Shown here: positions 10,629 through 20,636 of the stretch, piece after piece | Layout of the letters: each line of letters opens with the position of its first letter | Position numbering within the stretch: the first letter of the stretch is position 1 | Assembly (NCBI GenBank): GCA_047150005.1 | Contig: AP038806.1 | Location: forward strand, 2,240,001 to 2,304,000 | Direction of reading: 5' to 3' | Length of the DNA stretch: 64,000 bases | Source of the DNA: Nitrospira sp. | GTDB taxonomy: Bacteria > Nitrospirota > Nitrospiria > Nitrospirales > Nitrospiraceae | Program-made: the position numbers and the translations under genes | The notes under the pieces: model-generated | Databases searched by the model: none | Told to the model about the DNA's origin: nothing | What the model saw: only the letters and a program-made list of their open reading frames with translations

Positions 10629-10696
10629 CGCTCGATAGAGCCTAGGATTTCGCAGGCTTTGCTTCCGCACCCATCATGTAGCCAGTGGAGTGATCT

Positions 10697-11911
10697 ATGT
10701 CGACCTTCGCATATGTCGGGCGCTCCCGGTCTGGTGCCGTCAGGAAAGGCGAGCTCTCCGCCAAAAACCGGGACGAAGCCGTCGATCAACTCCGCAAGCA
10801 AAGCATCGTCGTCACCAGTCTCGACGAAAAGGCGGGAAAGTCCGGTTTCAAGATCAGCTTCGGGACCGGATTGACCGACAAAGACCTGGTGGTCTTTACG
10901 CGTCAATTCGGTACCATGATCAATGCGGGTCTTCCGCTGGTGCAATGTCTGGAAATTCTCTCCACGCAATCGGAAAACAAGGCCCTGCGTGAATCGATCG
11001 GTGAGGTGAAAGTGCAGGTCGAGGCGGGCTCCACGTTTTCCGATGCCTTGCGCCGCCATCCGAAGGTGTTCGACGATTTGTACGTGAACATGGTGCACGC
11101 CGGTGAAGTCGGCGGCCTGCTCGATACGATCCTCACCAGGTTGGCAAAACACATCGAGAAGGCCATGAAGCTCAAGGGACAAATCAAGTCCGCCATGGTC
11201 TATCCGGCGGCGATTCTCGGAGTCGCCGGAGTCGTCATCACGGTGCTGATGATTTGGGTCATTCCGATCTTCGCAAAAATGTTCGACGAATTGTCGAGCG
11301 GCAAGGTGGGACTGCCTGGGCCTACGCAACTGGTCATCGACATCAGCAACGCGTTCCGATCCTATTGGTATGTCGCGGTCGGGCTGGTCGTAGGGATGAT
11401 ATTCGGCGTGAAGAAATATTATGCGACCCCCAAAGGTCGGATGGCGATCGACAAGTTCCTTCTGAAGACTCCCGTATTCGGGGACCTCATTCGAAAAGCC
11501 TCCGTGGCCAAGTTCACGCGGACACTCGGCACGTTGTTGTCGAGCGGCGTCCCATTGCTGGACGGCCTCTCGATTTGCGCCAAGACTTCCGGCAACAAGG
11601 TGATCGAAGAAGCGCTGTTGAACGCCAGGGTCAGCATCAGCGGGGGCAAGACGATCGCCGATCCTCTGACCCAGAGCCAGGTGTTTCCCAAGATGGTCAC
11701 CCATATGATCGCCGTTGGAGAATCGACCGGCGCGCTGGATGCGATGTTGGGCAAGATCGCCGATTTTTATGAAGACGAAGTCGACCAGGCGGTCGCCTCC
11801 CTAACGTCGTTGCTCGAGCCGATGATGATGGTGTTCCTGGGGATCGTCATCGGGTTCATTGTCATCGCGATGTATCTTCCCATCTTCAAGATGGCGTCGG
11901 CGATCGGGTAG
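10697..11911 (+). CDS. pilC: Type IV pilus inner membrane platform protein PilC (T2SS F family)
   Basis: FTRQFGTMINAGLPL, AGEVGG, KSAMVYP, VGESTG, IAMYLPIF. Confidence 0.93.
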   Translation: MSTFAYVGRSRSGAVRKGELSAKNRDEAVDQLRKQSIVVTSLDEKAGKSGFKISFGTGLTDKDLVVFTRQFGTMINAGLPLVQCLEILSTQSENKALRESIGEVKVQVEAGSTFSDALRRHPKVFDDLYVNMVHAGEVGGLLDTILTRLAKHIEKAMKLKGQIKSAMVYPAAILGVAGVVITVLMIWVIPIFAKMFDELSSGKVGLPGPTQLVIDISNAFRSYWYVAVGLVVGMIFGVKKYYATPKGRMAIDKFLLKTPVFGDLIRKASVAKFTRTLGTLLSSGVPLLDGLSICAKTSGNKVIEEALLNARVSISGGKTIADPLTQSQVFPKMVTHMIAVGESTGALDAMLGKIADFYEDEVDQAVASLTSLLEPMMMVFLGIVIGFIVIAMYLPIFKMASAIG

Positions 11912-12081
11912 GAGAGCGGCGCATTTATCACCGCTTCCCGCAGCCGGCTTCTACGGATGCGGTTCGGCACGGTGGGTCCATCGGTTTGCTCGGACCGCTT
12001 CTCCCGCGTCCATCGACCGGGTCCAGGATCTCCCAACACGCCTTGACGCCGTTTCACAGGCATCGTTTCTTGTCTGACGAC

Positions 12082-13779
12082 ATGGATGAATTGCGGGCCA
12101 GACTGCGCTGGTTGATGGCGTTCCGGGTGGCGATTGTCACCTTGATGCTCGGCTTGTCCCTCGTGTTTCAAACCGCAAAAGGAGGGCAAGTCGAAACGTA
12201 CTATGCGCTCATCATCCTGACCTATGCGGTCACTATTCCTTCCGCCCTGTTGCTTCCATCTCTCGCCGCTCCCTCAAGCCTCACGATATTTTTCTGGGCG
12301 CAAGTCGGGATCGATTTTCTTCTGGAAACCGTGTTGGTGGTGCGAACCGGAGGCGTCGACAGCCCGTTTGCGGTGCTCTATGTCATGACGGTGACGGTCG
12401 CGAGCCTCGTGCCGCGAAAACACGTCGGACTGCTCGCGGCATGCGGCTGCATCATTCTCTTCGGCACGGTGACGAATATCCAACTCTACGGGCTTGCCGA
12501 CGGGTGGGAGTGGATGTCGAAGAGCCATTTGACCGGCCCTGAGACGTTCCAAACCTTTGGCGCCTATGCGCTGGCGCTTCTGGTGGTGGGATTACTCAGC
12601 GGGACCTTGGCCGATCAACTTCAACAGGCCGACCGTTCGTTACGCGAAAAGGAACAAGGGCTGACCAGACTCCAGGCCTTTCACGAAAATATCGTCCAGA
12701 GCATCAGCAGCGGTGTATTCACCGCTGACGGGAGCGGGGCGATCACCTCCTTCAATCCGGCCGCGCAGGAAGCCACGGGGTACACGCTATCTCGTGTCCT
12801 TGGGCACCAGTGGCGCGAGGTATTCAATTGGCATCCCGCGCAGCCGCTGCACGAGGGTGGAAACGGCATGGTGGCGGCTGTGAGCCGCTTTGAAGTGGAA
12901 TGCAAACGTGCCGATGGAAACCGACTCGTACTGGGCATGACGGTGTCCCCGCTTCACGAGCAGGGACAACAGGAGGGCTTGGTCGGGGTCTTCAAGGATC
13001 TGACGCAGATCAGGGACCTTGAGGAGGAAATGCGTCGGAGAGAATGGCTGGCCAACCTGGGTGAAATGTCGGCGGGCATGGCTCACGAGATCCGAAACCC
13101 CCTCGGCGCGTTGGCGGGAGCCATGCAGATGCTCAGGAAGGAAGCGGCGGCGGACGATACAGATCGGAGGTTGATGGATATCGCGATCAGGGAAGCCACG
13201 CGATTGGATTCGATCATCACGGAATTTCTGCAGTACGCCCGTCCGCCGGCGCTCAATTTGGCGGAGTCCGATATCAACAAAGTCCTTGCCGAGACTCTGG
13301 ATCTGGTCCAACATGAGGCACGGACCCGCTCGAACATCAAGATCGTGACCACGCTCGCATCGGGCTTGCTCGTCGCTCAGATCGATCAGAATCAAATGCG
13401 GCAGGTCTTCTGGAATCTCGCGACGAATGCCTTCGAAGCCATGCCGGACGGTGGGCAACTGACCATCGCCACCGGATGCCGCCAGATCGATGCAGGAGGC
13501 CGAAAAGGAGAGGTCATCGAGATCTCGTTTCAGGACCAGGGAGAAGGGATTCCTAAAGAGAACCTCGACAAGATTTTCCTCCCGTTTTTCACGACCAAGA
13601 AAGAAGGATCCGGATTGGGCCTGGCAGCGGTCCATCGTATCGTCGACCTGCACGGAGGATGGATCAAGGTGGAAAGCGATCGACAGCAGGGGACGCGCTT
13701 CGTCGTATGCATGCCCCGGTCCGGGGGCGACGGCGTACGGCTTTGGCATGAGGGACGAACACCGTGGAAAAGATCCTAG
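12082..13779 (+). CDS. pilS: Sensor histidine kinase PilS-like (TM-PAS-HisKA-HATPase)
   Basis: Multiple TM helices, PAS domain, AHEIRNPL H-box, FFTTK and GSGLGL; between pilC and an NtrC-type regulator. Confidence 0.85.
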   Translation: MDELRARLRWLMAFRVAIVTLMLGLSLVFQTAKGGQVETYYALIILTYAVTIPSALLLPSLAAPSSLTIFFWAQVGIDFLLETVLVVRTGGVDSPFAVLYVMTVTVASLVPRKHVGLLAACGCIILFGTVTNIQLYGLADGWEWMSKSHLTGPETFQTFGAYALALLVVGLLSGTLADQLQQADRSLREKEQGLTRLQAFHENIVQSISSGVFTADGSGAITSFNPAAQEATGYTLSRVLGHQWREVFNWHPAQPLHEGGNGMVAAVSRFEVECKRADGNRLVLGMTVSPLHEQGQQEGLVGVFKDLTQIRDLEEEMRRREWLANLGEMSAGMAHEIRNPLGALAGAMQMLRKEAAADDTDRRLMDIAIREATRLDSIITEFLQYARPPALNLAESDINKVLAETLDLVQHEARTRSNIKIVTTLASGLLVAQIDQNQMRQVFWNLATNAFEAMPDGGQLTIATGCRQIDAGGRKGEVIEISFQDQGEGIPKENLDKIFLPFFTTKKEGSGLGLAAVHRIVDLHGGWIKVESDRQQGTRFVVCMPRSGGDGVRLWHEGRTPWKRS

Positions 13780-15149
13780 TCGTCGATGACGAGAAGAGCC
13801 TCCGTGAAGTGATGAGCATTATGCTCAAGCGAGCCGGCTACGCGGTGACGGAGGCGTCCGACGGCGAAGAGGCGATCGGCCAGGTCAATAAGGACATCTT
13901 CGATCTGGTCATCACCGATCTGCGCATGCCGAAGGCCGACGGGATGGACGTCCTCAAAGCGGTCAAATCCTCCTCGCCGGACACGGTCGTGCTGGTGGTC
14001 ACGGCGTTCGCGACGGCCGATTCCGCGGTCGAAGCCATGAAGCAGGGAGCGTACGACTATCTCACCAAACCGTTTCAAGTCGACGAGGTTCAACTCATCA
14101 TCCGCAATGCGCTCGAGAAACGACGGTTGTCGACCGAGAACATGCTCCTCAAGCGGGAGATGGCCAGCCAGTCGTCTTTCGCGCAGATCGTCGGTCAAAG
14201 TGAGGCGATGCAGAAGGTATTCGACGTGGTGCGGAGGGTGGCGGACGCCAAGAGCAATGTTCTCATCTGCGGAGAAAGCGGAACGGGGAAGGAACTGATC
14301 GCCCGAGCGATTCATTACAACAGCGCCCGCAGTACGATGCCGTTCGTCGCGGTGAACTGCAGCGCTGTGCCCGAGACATTGCTCGAAAGCGAGCTGTTCG
14401 GACATATGAAGGGATCGTTCACTGGCGCCATGGCGAACAAGGCCGGACTCTTCGAAGTGGCGAACGGGGGCACAATCTTCCTCGACGAGATCGGCGATAC
14501 GACCCCGGCGATACAGGTGAAGCTCTTGCGGGTGATTCAAGAGCGGGAATTTCGGCGCGTCGGCGGCAATCAGGATGTGAAGGTCGACGTCCGCGTCATC
14601 GCGGCCACCAATCGTGATCTGGAGAAGGCCGTGGCGGACGGGTCTTTCCGGGAAGACCTGTACTATCGGCTCGATGTGATTCCGATCCGCCTGCCGCCGT
14701 TACGGCTTCGGACCGGCGACATCCCTCTCCTGGTCAAACACTTCCTGGAAAAGTTCGCGCAGGATAGTGGGAAGGCGGCGCCGGTTCTGACCTCCGAGGC
14801 CATGCATGTTCTGTTCGGTCACGAATGGCGCGGCAATGTGCGCGAACTCGAAAACCTGATCGAACGTGTAGTCGCCTTTGCCGCGGGAGGGTCGGTCACG
14901 GAACACGACATCCGTGGATGGCTGCATCACTCGGTGACACCGCAGGCTCAGCAGGGCATTCCGACGGACCTCCCGGAGGACGGTCTGGACTTGGAAGGAC
15001 TGATCAACGGCATCGAGAAGGATCTCCTGATGAAGGCGCTGGAGCGAACCAGATGGGTCAAGAAGAAGGCCGCGCGGCTCCTGAAGCTCAACACTCGATC
15101 CTTTCGGTATCGGCTGGAGAAGTATGCTATAAAAGGAGGCCGTGACTAA
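13764..15149 (+). CDS. pilR: sigma54-dependent response regulator PilR-like
   Basis: REC domain, GESGTGKE, ESELFGH..GSFTGA, FREDLYYRL, Fis-type HTH. Confidence 0.88.
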   Translation: MEKILVVDDEKSLREVMSIMLKRAGYAVTEASDGEEAIGQVNKDIFDLVITDLRMPKADGMDVLKAVKSSSPDTVVLVVTAFATADSAVEAMKQGAYDYLTKPFQVDEVQLIIRNALEKRRLSTENMLLKREMASQSSFAQIVGQSEAMQKVFDVVRRVADAKSNVLICGESGTGKELIARAIHYNSARSTMPFVAVNCSAVPETLLESELFGHMKGSFTGAMANKAGLFEVANGGTIFLDEIGDTTPAIQVKLLRVIQEREFRRVGGNQDVKVDVRVIAATNRDLEKAVADGSFREDLYYRLDVIPIRLPPLRLRTGDIPLLVKHFLEKFAQDSGKAAPVLTSEAMHVLFGHEWRGNVRELENLIERVVAFAAGGSVTEHDIRGWLHHSVTPQAQQGIPTDLPEDGLDLEGLINGIEKDLLMKALERTRWVKKKAARLLKLNTRSFRYRLEKYAIKGGRD

Positions 15150-16065
15150 CTGTGCCTCCGCATCCGAACCAACTGGCTCCTCTTCCGCGGTCACCATTTC
15201 GGCCCCCGCAAAAATCAATCTCATCCTCCGAATCCTAGGCCGTCGTTCCGACGGCTATCACAATATCTGGTCGATCATGCAGACTGTCGCCCTGGAAGAC
15301 GAGGTGCGACTTCGTCTGTCGACCTCAGAACAGGTTCATCTCCGATGCGATTCGACGGAGTTGCAGGGTGATCACAACAATCTTGTCCACAAGGCCGCGG
15401 TTGCCGTGTTGGACCGGGCCCGGATGGCGGTCGGGCTTGAAATCGAACTCAAGAAAACAATTCCGCTGGGAGCGGGCTTGGGCGGAGGGAGCAGCGACGC
15501 GGCCGCGACGATCATAGGTCTGAATCGGCTGTTGCGGCTCGGATGGTCTCAGATGCAGATGCGGGACCTTGCGGGGGCGTTGGGCAGTGATGTGCCGTTT
15601 TTCCTGTTCGCGCCGTCGGCCGTCGTCTCCGGGCGCGGAGAAGTGGTCAAGCCCGTGGCCGCTCACGGTATTCGCTGGGCGGTCCTGGTGAATCCGGGAT
15701 TTGCCGTCGAGACGAGATGGGCCTACCACGAACTGGCTGCTTCCCGCCAGGGAGCGACTCCCTTGTCGGATAAGCAGCGGGCACTGGACGAACAGACTCA
15801 GATGGATTGGCAGCACCTCAAGGCGGCAGCGGAGAATGACTTCGAGGCACCGGTTTTCGCCAAGCACCCGATTTTGGGCCGGATCAAGCAAGCTCTCCTC
15901 GCGCAGGGGGCCGAGATTGCTCTCTTGTCGGGCAGCGGGGCCACGGTGTTCGGACTCTTTGGGGATGAACAGTCAGCCCGACGCGCCCAGGTGGAATTTC
16001 TGTCCGATGAACGGCTGAAAACCTTTGTGGTCCCGACCTGTTCGGGGCCGCTTGCCATCCGCTAA
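15142..16065 (+). CDS. ispE: 4-diphosphocytidyl-2-C-methyl-D-erythritol kinase
   Basis: APAKINL, IPLGAGLGGGSSDAA, GSDVPFF, LSGSG. Confidence 0.95.
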   Translation: MTNCASASEPTGSSSAVTISAPAKINLILRILGRRSDGYHNIWSIMQTVALEDEVRLRLSTSEQVHLRCDSTELQGDHNNLVHKAAVAVLDRARMAVGLEIELKKTIPLGAGLGGGSSDAAATIIGLNRLLRLGWSQMQMRDLAGALGSDVPFFLFAPSAVVSGRGEVVKPVAAHGIRWAVLVNPGFAVETRWAYHELAASRQGATPLSDKQRALDEQTQMDWQHLKAAAENDFEAPVFAKHPILGRIKQALLAQGAEIALLSGSGATVFGLFGDEQSARRAQVEFLSDERLKTFVVPTCSGPLAIR

Positions 16066-16103
16066 TGGCCCGTCCGTAGCGACATGCAGTTGTCTGCGCT
16101 TGG

Positions 16104-16133
16104 TTGACAAGACCCTGCGGATTCCGTTAGAGT
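16104..16133 (+). promoter_or_regulatory. sigma70-type promoter of prs-rplY-pth
   Basis: TTGACA-N18-TAGAGT. Confidence 0.6.
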
Positions 16134-16280
16134 CTTTTCCCTCAGTTGGCTTCCTCAACAACGCGCAGCAAACAGGGGTAGGCGGGTTCCAATTCTCGCC
16201 CACTTCGGCCCGTCGTCGAGACGAACCACGACTCAGTCAGGATCTGAATAGGCTAATCCAGAGGATCGCTCGAGGGACCG

Positions 16281-17222
16281 ATGAGCAGAGAACTGATGAT
16301 TTTCTCTGGCAACGCGAACTTGGCCCTCGCCCATGAAATCTGCGCCTATCTCGGCGTCAAACTGGGCGAGGCGACCGTGGCCTCCTTTAGTGATGGAGAG
16401 ATCAGGGTCAAGATCGAGGAGAATGTCCGCGGAGCCGATGTCTTCGTCGTGCAATCGTCCTGCGAGCCGGTCAACGACTCCCTGATGGAGTTGCTGATCA
16501 TGATCGATGCGCTCAAGCGGTCGTCCGCCAACCGCATCACCGCCGTCATTCCGTATTTCGGTTATGCCAGGCAAGACCGCAAGGACCAGCCTCGCGTTCC
16601 GATTTCGGCCAAACTGGTCGCGGATCTCATCAGCACGGCCGGGACGGACCGGGTGTTGACCATGGATCTCCATGCCGGACAGATTCAGGGGTTCTTTAAT
16701 GTGCCGGTCGACCATCTCTATGCGTTGCCGGTCCTGTTGGACTACATCATGAAGAAGAAGGTCAAGGATCTCGTGATCGTGTCACCCGATGCCGGCGGCG
16801 TCGAACGGGCCCGTGCCTTCGCCAAGCGGTTGCAGGCCACCCTGGCCATCATCGACAAGCGGCGCGAGGGGCCGAATCAGACGCAGATCATGAACATCAT
16901 CGGAGACGTCGAAGGCAAGAGCGCGTTGCTCTTGGACGACATGATCGATACGGCCGGGACGATTGTGCAAGGAGCCCAGGCCTGCGCCGACAAGGGGGCC
17001 CGTGAAGTCTGGACCGCCTGTACGCACGCGGTTCTGTCAGGCCCGGCCCTCGAGCGATTGCGGGGGTCCTGCATCAAACAGGTCATCGTGACGAATACGA
17101 TTCCACTTCGAGGCAAGGAGCAGACCTGCCCGAAACTGTATCAATTGTCGGTCGCGCCGTTGTTGGGCGAAGCCATCCGACGCATCCATGAAGACGAATC
17201 GGTGAGTTCACTGTTCGCCTAG
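16281..17222 (+). CDS. prs: Ribose-phosphate pyrophosphokinase
   Basis: [33 protein letters not shown]. Confidence 0.98.
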   Translation: MSRELMIFSGNANLALAHEICAYLGVKLGEATVASFSDGEIRVKIEENVRGADVFVVQSSCEPVNDSLMELLIMIDALKRSSANRITAVIPYFGYARQDRKDQPRVPISAKLVADLISTAGTDRVLTMDLHAGQIQGFFNVPVDHLYALPVLLDYIMKKKVKDLVIVSPDAGGVERARAFAKRLQATLAIIDKRREGPNQTQIMNIIGDVEGKSALLLDDMIDTAGTIVQGAQACADKGAREVWTACTHAVLSGPALERLRGSCIKQVIVTNTIPLRGKEQTCPKLYQLSVAPLLGEAIRRIHEDESVSSLFA

Positions 17223-17257
17223 CGCGGGATTGTGAAGACGCGGAACGGAGGAGTGAC

Positions 17258-18049
17258 ATGAAATTCGATTTGGCGGTCGCCGTGCGGGAAAAATCCGGTA
17301 AGGGCGCTGCGCGTCAGATGCGGCGGGAAGGGAAAGTCCCCGCGGTGTTGTACGGGCAAGGTGAGTGCCTTCTGTTGACCATCGAGCCGGAGCCTCTGGT
17401 CAGAATCCTGAAGTCGCAAGCGGGCAGCACGGCGCTTATTTCGCTGAGCATCGCCGGAGTCAAGTCCAACCCGAAGCGAACCGCACTCCTGCGCGATTTC
17501 CAGGTGGACCCCGTGGAGGGCCACGTGCTTCATGCGGATTTGTTTGAGATCTCCATGGAAAAGCCGATTCGTGTGAAGGTGCCGGTGCACGTGATCGGGG
17601 GCACGCCGGCCGGTGTAAAGGAAGGCGGGATCCTCCATTTCAACATGCGCGAACTGTCGGTCGAGTGCTTACCCGCCGCGCTGCCCGATCATATCGAGGT
17701 TGACGCCTCTCCGCTGGCCATCGGGCAGGGAATTCATCTCAAGGAAATCGCCAAGCGCGAAGGTGTCCGCTACCTCGACGATCCGGAGCAGATGGTTGTG
17801 AGCGTTGCCGTGCCGATGTCGGATGCCAAACTCGAAGCCTTATTGACCAGCCAGGCTGCCGGACCGGAAGGGGCGAAGGAGCCGGAAGTCATGGCGAAGG
17901 GCAAAGTTGCGGTGGAAGGTACCGAAGGTGCGGAGGCTTCGAAGGCTGCCGCCCCGGCTGCTGCGGCTGACGCCAAGGCAGGAGAAAAGAAGGAAGCCAC
18001 GGCTGCAGCCCCGAAGGCTGAGAAGAAAGAAGCCGAGAAGAAGAAGTAA
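17258..18049 (+). CDS. rplY: 50S ribosomal protein L25 (Ctc long form)
   Basis: GKGAARQMRR..VPAVLYG, HADL, GVKEGG; Ala/Lys/Glu-rich tail. Confidence 0.95.
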   Translation: MKFDLAVAVREKSGKGAARQMRREGKVPAVLYGQGECLLLTIEPEPLVRILKSQAGSTALISLSIAGVKSNPKRTALLRDFQVDPVEGHVLHADLFEISMEKPIRVKVPVHVIGGTPAGVKEGGILHFNMRELSVECLPAALPDHIEVDASPLAIGQGIHLKEIAKREGVRYLDDPEQMVVSVAVPMSDAKLEALLTSQAAGPEGAKEPEVMAKGKVAVEGTEGAEASKAAAPAAAADAKAGEKKEATAAAPKAEKKEAEKKK

Positions 18050-18051
18050 CG

Positions 18052-18636
18052 TTGCGCCTCATCGTTGGGCTGGGCAACCCCGGCACCTCGTACGCCCAGA
18101 CCCGCCATAATGCCGGCATATGGGTGCTGGAGCGGGCTGCCGCCCGATGGGGAATCCGTCTCTCCAGGCGCGGATCCGCTCAGCGGGGGTCGGGGCGGCT
18201 TGGCTCGGAACTCATCGAACTCGCCGGCACCCTCGACTTCATGAATGTGACGGGTCCGCCGCTCAAGGGTCTCCTCCGCCAATACCAGCTTACCGCAGAC
18301 GACCTCTTTCTCATCCATGATGACCTTGATCTGGAACCGGGACGACTCCGGATCAAACAGGCCGGCGGCCACGGCGGACATAACGGCATCAAGTCGGTCG
18401 TCCAAGCCTTGGGCACTCCGGAGTTCGTCAGGATCAAGATCGGGATCGGTCGACCGGCTCCCCGGCAGGATTCGGCGGACTATGTGTTGGAACCGGTGAC
18501 GCAGGAAGAGATGGACGTGTTCGAGCCGTGCCTGGAGCGGGCCGTCGACGCGCTGGAATGCCTGATTCACCAGGGGACCGAGGCGGCAATGAACCGGTTC
18601 AACGTGCGTGATCATCAGAGCGCGATCGAGGAATAA
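18052..18636 (+). CDS. pth: Peptidyl-tRNA hydrolase
   Basis: LIVGLGNPG..TRHNAG, HDDLD, GGHNG; TTG start. Confidence 0.95.
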   Translation: MRLIVGLGNPGTSYAQTRHNAGIWVLERAAARWGIRLSRRGSAQRGSGRLGSELIELAGTLDFMNVTGPPLKGLLRQYQLTADDLFLIHDDLDLEPGRLRIKQAGGHGGHNGIKSVVQALGTPEFVRIKIGIGRPAPRQDSADYVLEPVTQEEMDVFEPCLERAVDALECLIHQGTEAAMNRFNVRDHQSAIEE

Positions 18637-18713
18637 ACGACCGGTGGATAGAATCTGGTTGTCGGGGGCTCAGGTATCGGCATCGTGATCGGTGACGGGA
18701 AATAGGGTGAAGC

Positions 18714-19805
18714 ATGGGACTTTGTTGCGGAATGATCGGATTGCCGAACGTGGGCAAGACTACGGTATTCAATGCGTTGACCGGCAGCGGGGCCCTTGCG
18801 GCCAACTACCCGTTCGCCACGGTTGATCCCAACACGGGCATCGCGCTGGTGCCGGATCCTCGTCTTCTTAAACTGACCGACATGTTCAAGTCGAAAAAGA
18901 CGACGTACAGCACGCTCGAGGTCCGAGACATCGCCGGGCTGGTCGAAGGCGCGAGCAAGGGAGAAGGACTCGGGAACCAATTTCTCGGACATATCCGAGA
19001 AGTGGACGCCTTGCTGCACGTCGTGCGCTGCTTTTCCGACTCCGATGTCGTGCACGTGTCCGGTCGGATAGATCCGCTTCGCGATATCGCCGTCATCGAA
19101 ACCGAGTTGATGCTGGCTGATTTGGAGGCCTTGGACCGCCGCAAGCAGAAAACAGAAAAGAAAGTGCGGGCGGGCGACAAGAAGGCCGCGTTCGAGATGG
19201 AATTCCTCTCCCGTCTGATCGGGTTGCTCGATAAAGGGGAATGGCTTGGCAACCTGACCTATCAACCGGAGGAGCGGGTGCTGCTGGACGAATGCCAGCT
19301 CCTTTCGGCGAAGCCGGTTCTCTTCGTGGCCAATGTGTCGGAAGGCCAACAGGCCGACGAGACGGGAGTGAAGGCGGTACAGGACTTCGCTGCGCGACGC
19401 GGGGCTCGAGTGGTCAGGATCTGCGGGCAATTCGAGGCGGAGGTGTCGTCGCTGGCGGAGGCCGAACGGGCCGACTTCCTGAAAGAAATGGGTTTGAGCG
19501 AGTCCGGTCTTGTGCGTCTGACGCGCGAGGCGTATACCTTGCTCAATCTCATCACCTTCTTTACCGCCGGTGAAACCGAGTCCCGTGCCTGGCCCATCGT
19601 GAGGAATACCAAAGCGCCGCAAGCCGCCGGAAAGATCCATTCGGATATGGAACGGGGGTTCATCCGCGCCGAGGTGTACACCTACGACGACCTGCTGACT
19701 CAGGGGTCGGAAGCCAAGGTCAAAGAAAAGGGACTCTTTCGCCTCGAGGGCAAGGACTACGTGATCAAGGAGGCGGATATCGTATACTTCCGGTTCAACG
19801 TTTAG
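18714..19805 (+). CDS. ychF: Redox-regulated ATPase YchF
   Basis: GLPNVGKTT, ANYPFAT, DIAGLV, GEGLGNQFL, C-terminal FRFNV. Confidence 0.97.
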   Translation: MGLCCGMIGLPNVGKTTVFNALTGSGALAANYPFATVDPNTGIALVPDPRLLKLTDMFKSKKTTYSTLEVRDIAGLVEGASKGEGLGNQFLGHIREVDALLHVVRCFSDSDVVHVSGRIDPLRDIAVIETELMLADLEALDRRKQKTEKKVRAGDKKAAFEMEFLSRLIGLLDKGEWLGNLTYQPEERVLLDECQLLSAKPVLFVANVSEGQQADETGVKAVQDFAARRGARVVRICGQFEAEVSSLAEAERADFLKEMGLSESGLVRLTREAYTLLNLITFFTAGETESRAWPIVRNTKAPQAAGKIHSDMERGFIRAEVYTYDDLLTQGSEAKVKEKGLFRLEGKDYVIKEADIVYFRFNV

Positions 19806-19881
19806 GTTGGTTTCTGCAGCAACATGCCCGACATCGATTCCATTCCTCGAAATCACGGGTAGTGTAGTAAGGGGGCGTCAC

Positions 19882-20469
19882 GTGCGTCAGACCGGTGGCC
19901 ACGGGAAGCTGCGGTATGTGTGTGCCGTCTGCCTGTGCATCGTCGGAGCTGGTTCATTCGGATGGGCCGGCGAGTTCCGGCTCGAATCCCTGGCGGTGAG
20001 AGGCGGCTTCAGCGGCATCTCGCCGCTCGAAGAGGAACAGAAGTACTACTTTCAGCAAGCCGACCTTGTGCTCGCGGCACGTCTGCCGTGGGAGTGGGAC
20101 CTCGGAACGAGTTGGGTTGTCGGGACCAGACTGTTGACCTCCGGTGGAGTGCTCCATGCGGCCCAAGAAACCAATGGAATTTTCACGTTGGTGCCGCTGG
20201 ATATCGTGATCGGCAGGAAAGACGGGCTATTGTCCTTCGACATGGGGTTCGGCGGAGCGTTGCTCATCGATCACAAGTACGGAATCCAGAATTTCGGCGG
20301 TCCGTTTCAATTCGTCTGGACCTTTGGTGCGACCAGTCGTTTTCTTGGGCCGCTTGGACTTGGATATCATTTTCAGCATTATTCCGACGCGATGATCTAT
20401 GGGCATCACACGCGCGGAGCCGATCTGCACCTCTTTGAGTTGATCTACTGGTTCAAGACCGGCAGGTAG
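19882..20469 (+). CDS. Outer-membrane beta-barrel, acyloxyacyl hydrolase/PagL-like lipid A deacylase
   Basis: Signal peptide, alternating beta strands, GGPFQF and QHYSDA (HxS) motif; GTG start after AAGGGGG. Confidence 0.7.
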   Translation: MRQTGGHGKLRYVCAVCLCIVGAGSFGWAGEFRLESLAVRGGFSGISPLEEEQKYYFQQADLVLAARLPWEWDLGTSWVVGTRLLTSGGVLHAAQETNGIFTLVPLDIVIGRKDGLLSFDMGFGGALLIDHKYGIQNFGGPFQFVWTFGATSRFLGPLGLGYHFQHYSDAMIYGHHTRGADLHLFELIYWFKTGR

Positions 20470-20636
20470 GTACACGTTGAGACCAGTCGCTTGATCAGGA
20501 TGCGCCGAATCTCGAGCGTGTATTCTGCGGAATGAATCTCGCCTGCCTCGACGCCAGTAGAAAGGAATCGCCTTTGTCCTGAGTAAGGATAGAGACTATT
20601 CTCCCGCCGCCATGCGGAGACGCATCGCGCACTCTA

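Noticed and set aside
16066..16280. tRNA-Gln often found between ispE and prs
   Set aside because: No cloverleaf. Only a GGCGGG-TTCCAATT-CTCGCC hairpin loosely resembling a T-arm, with no D-arm, anticodon arm or acceptor stem.
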